The notes beneath the pieces are model-generated. The model was not told the origin of the DNA and ran no database searches. It saw only the letters and a program-made list of their open reading frames with translations. This document shows, in pieces, positions 62,991-64,000 of a stretch of 64,000 nucleotides of DNA. The stretch lies in contig NC_087436.1 of the NCBI RefSeq assembly GCF_036321535.1, positions 34,286,001 through 34,350,000 on the forward strand. The letters run 5' to 3'. Numbering within the stretch: the stretch's first letter is position 1; every line of letters starts with the position of its first letter. The translations under genes and the position numbers were made by a program. The stretch comes from Camelus dromedarius. Lineage: Eukaryota.

Positions 62991-64000
62991 CCAACACAAA
63001 TATACTGGAGGGGAGGAAGAGACTATTTGTGCTTCTATGTATCAGTTTTAGGCAAACTGTCAGTGGTCCTATAGCAAGATGATCTGTAAAAAAAAAAAAA
63101 AAATCCTAGAAATCACTTTCATCATCATTATCATATATTTTTCTCTCTTTAATAAAGGAAAGCACCACGCATTCCAATGCACTTTAGTCCATTGATTAGT
63201 CGAGAAAAAAAAATATATTGAACCACCATTTCCACATCACCAGAAACAAATGAGAAAAAGATGTAAAATATTTCACCTATAACATAAAAGGCACTGTTAC
63301 ACGTGCAATACATAAATTACATCCTTTAATCTTTGCAAAACCCTGAGCGTAGGTGTTTTCTTCATTTCACAGATAAGAAAATAGAAGTTCACAAAAGTTA
63401 AGTAACTAGACCAAGAGCATAAAGCTGGTAAAAAACTGAGATTGAAACCACATCTATGATAATTTATCTATCATACCATCACAACACCAGGATCAAATTT
63501 TTCTTTTCATTTTACCCAAATGTATTGGGAGTCAGATCTGGAATGTATCTTATAATGAGATGGATCAAAGGAACTTTTATTTAAGTTAGATTTTGATAGA
63601 TTAGAATATGTGGAGGATATCAATTTACTGAGAATAGCTTCAAAATATTCTGTTATAACTCACCAGCTCTAATAGATATTTTAAAAGCTATTTACTTTAC
63701 TGTAAAGAAGTGTGTTTTAGGATTAGAGGAAATTAACAAATGCATTTATAAATTATTTGCTTGGAAATCAGTATTTCTTCTAAAAAGTTCTTTAATTTTC
63801 TTACCATATGAAGGCCCTCTAAAACTAACTGGGATAAAAATATAAATTGTTGATGATATTCAGGAAATCACTTGGGAAGAGGGAAGTATCAAAAATATTG
63901 ATAAGTAGAGGCTGTACTAAATTTCTTTATATGCACATCTGGATGGAAAAATATGATCATGGGAAAGGCTGCCATGATATAAATGAACAGTTGAAGCTAA

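Larger units (their letters stand above)
32738..64000 (-). other. FAT4: 3' part of the large FAT4 intron that follows the giant first coding exon
   Basis: No cadherin-like coding sequence seen in over 31 kb upstream of the 132-nt exon. FAT4 is known to have a very long intron at this position. Confidence 0.85.

Noticed and set aside
1-64000. CRISPR array, prokaryotic operon or other novel multi-gene system
   Set aside because: The window is a spliced mammalian gene with common interspersed repeats. I saw no regularly spaced repeat-spacer array and no second coding locus.

Overview
Mammalian genomic DNA, AT-rich, covering an internal part of the atypical giant cadherin gene FAT4 on the minus strand. 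Five consecutive coding exons (32606-32737, 25700-25961, 24001-24351, 17042-17964, 16068-16242; 132+262+351+923+175 = 1843 nt) have AG/GT boundaries and matching phases. They splice into one open frame of about 614 aa spanning parts of about seven cadherin repeats (roughly EC16-EC22, from recall of the human protein). Positions 32738-64000 belong to the large upstream intron. Positions 1-16067 belong to the next intron; I did not find the following exon (expected GSPALTGTG...) in the window. Two tRNA-Ala-derived SINEs with the form of the camelid Vic-1 family, and no Alu/B1/Bov-tA/PRE-1/Can-SINE copies that I could recognise, suggest a camelid genome (inference). Introns contain MIR, L2, L1 3' ends, an MLT1 LTR, MER5A, a MER63-like piece and a MER2/Tigger-type element with a 141-N gap. 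I found no evidence of a new multi-gene system, CRISPR array or RNA gene. The best leads are small: a 147-bp L1 insertion with a perfect 15-bp TSD and a tail turned into a minisatellite; a motif-dense candidate enhancer at 62.6-63.0 kb; a possible in-frame 183-nt cassette exon at 6697-6879; an antisense SINE that offers a splice acceptor; a weak GTAGCG donor; and several local duplications and palindromes. Repeat family names and boundaries come from pattern recognition and are approximate, and all regulatory calls are motif-level inference.
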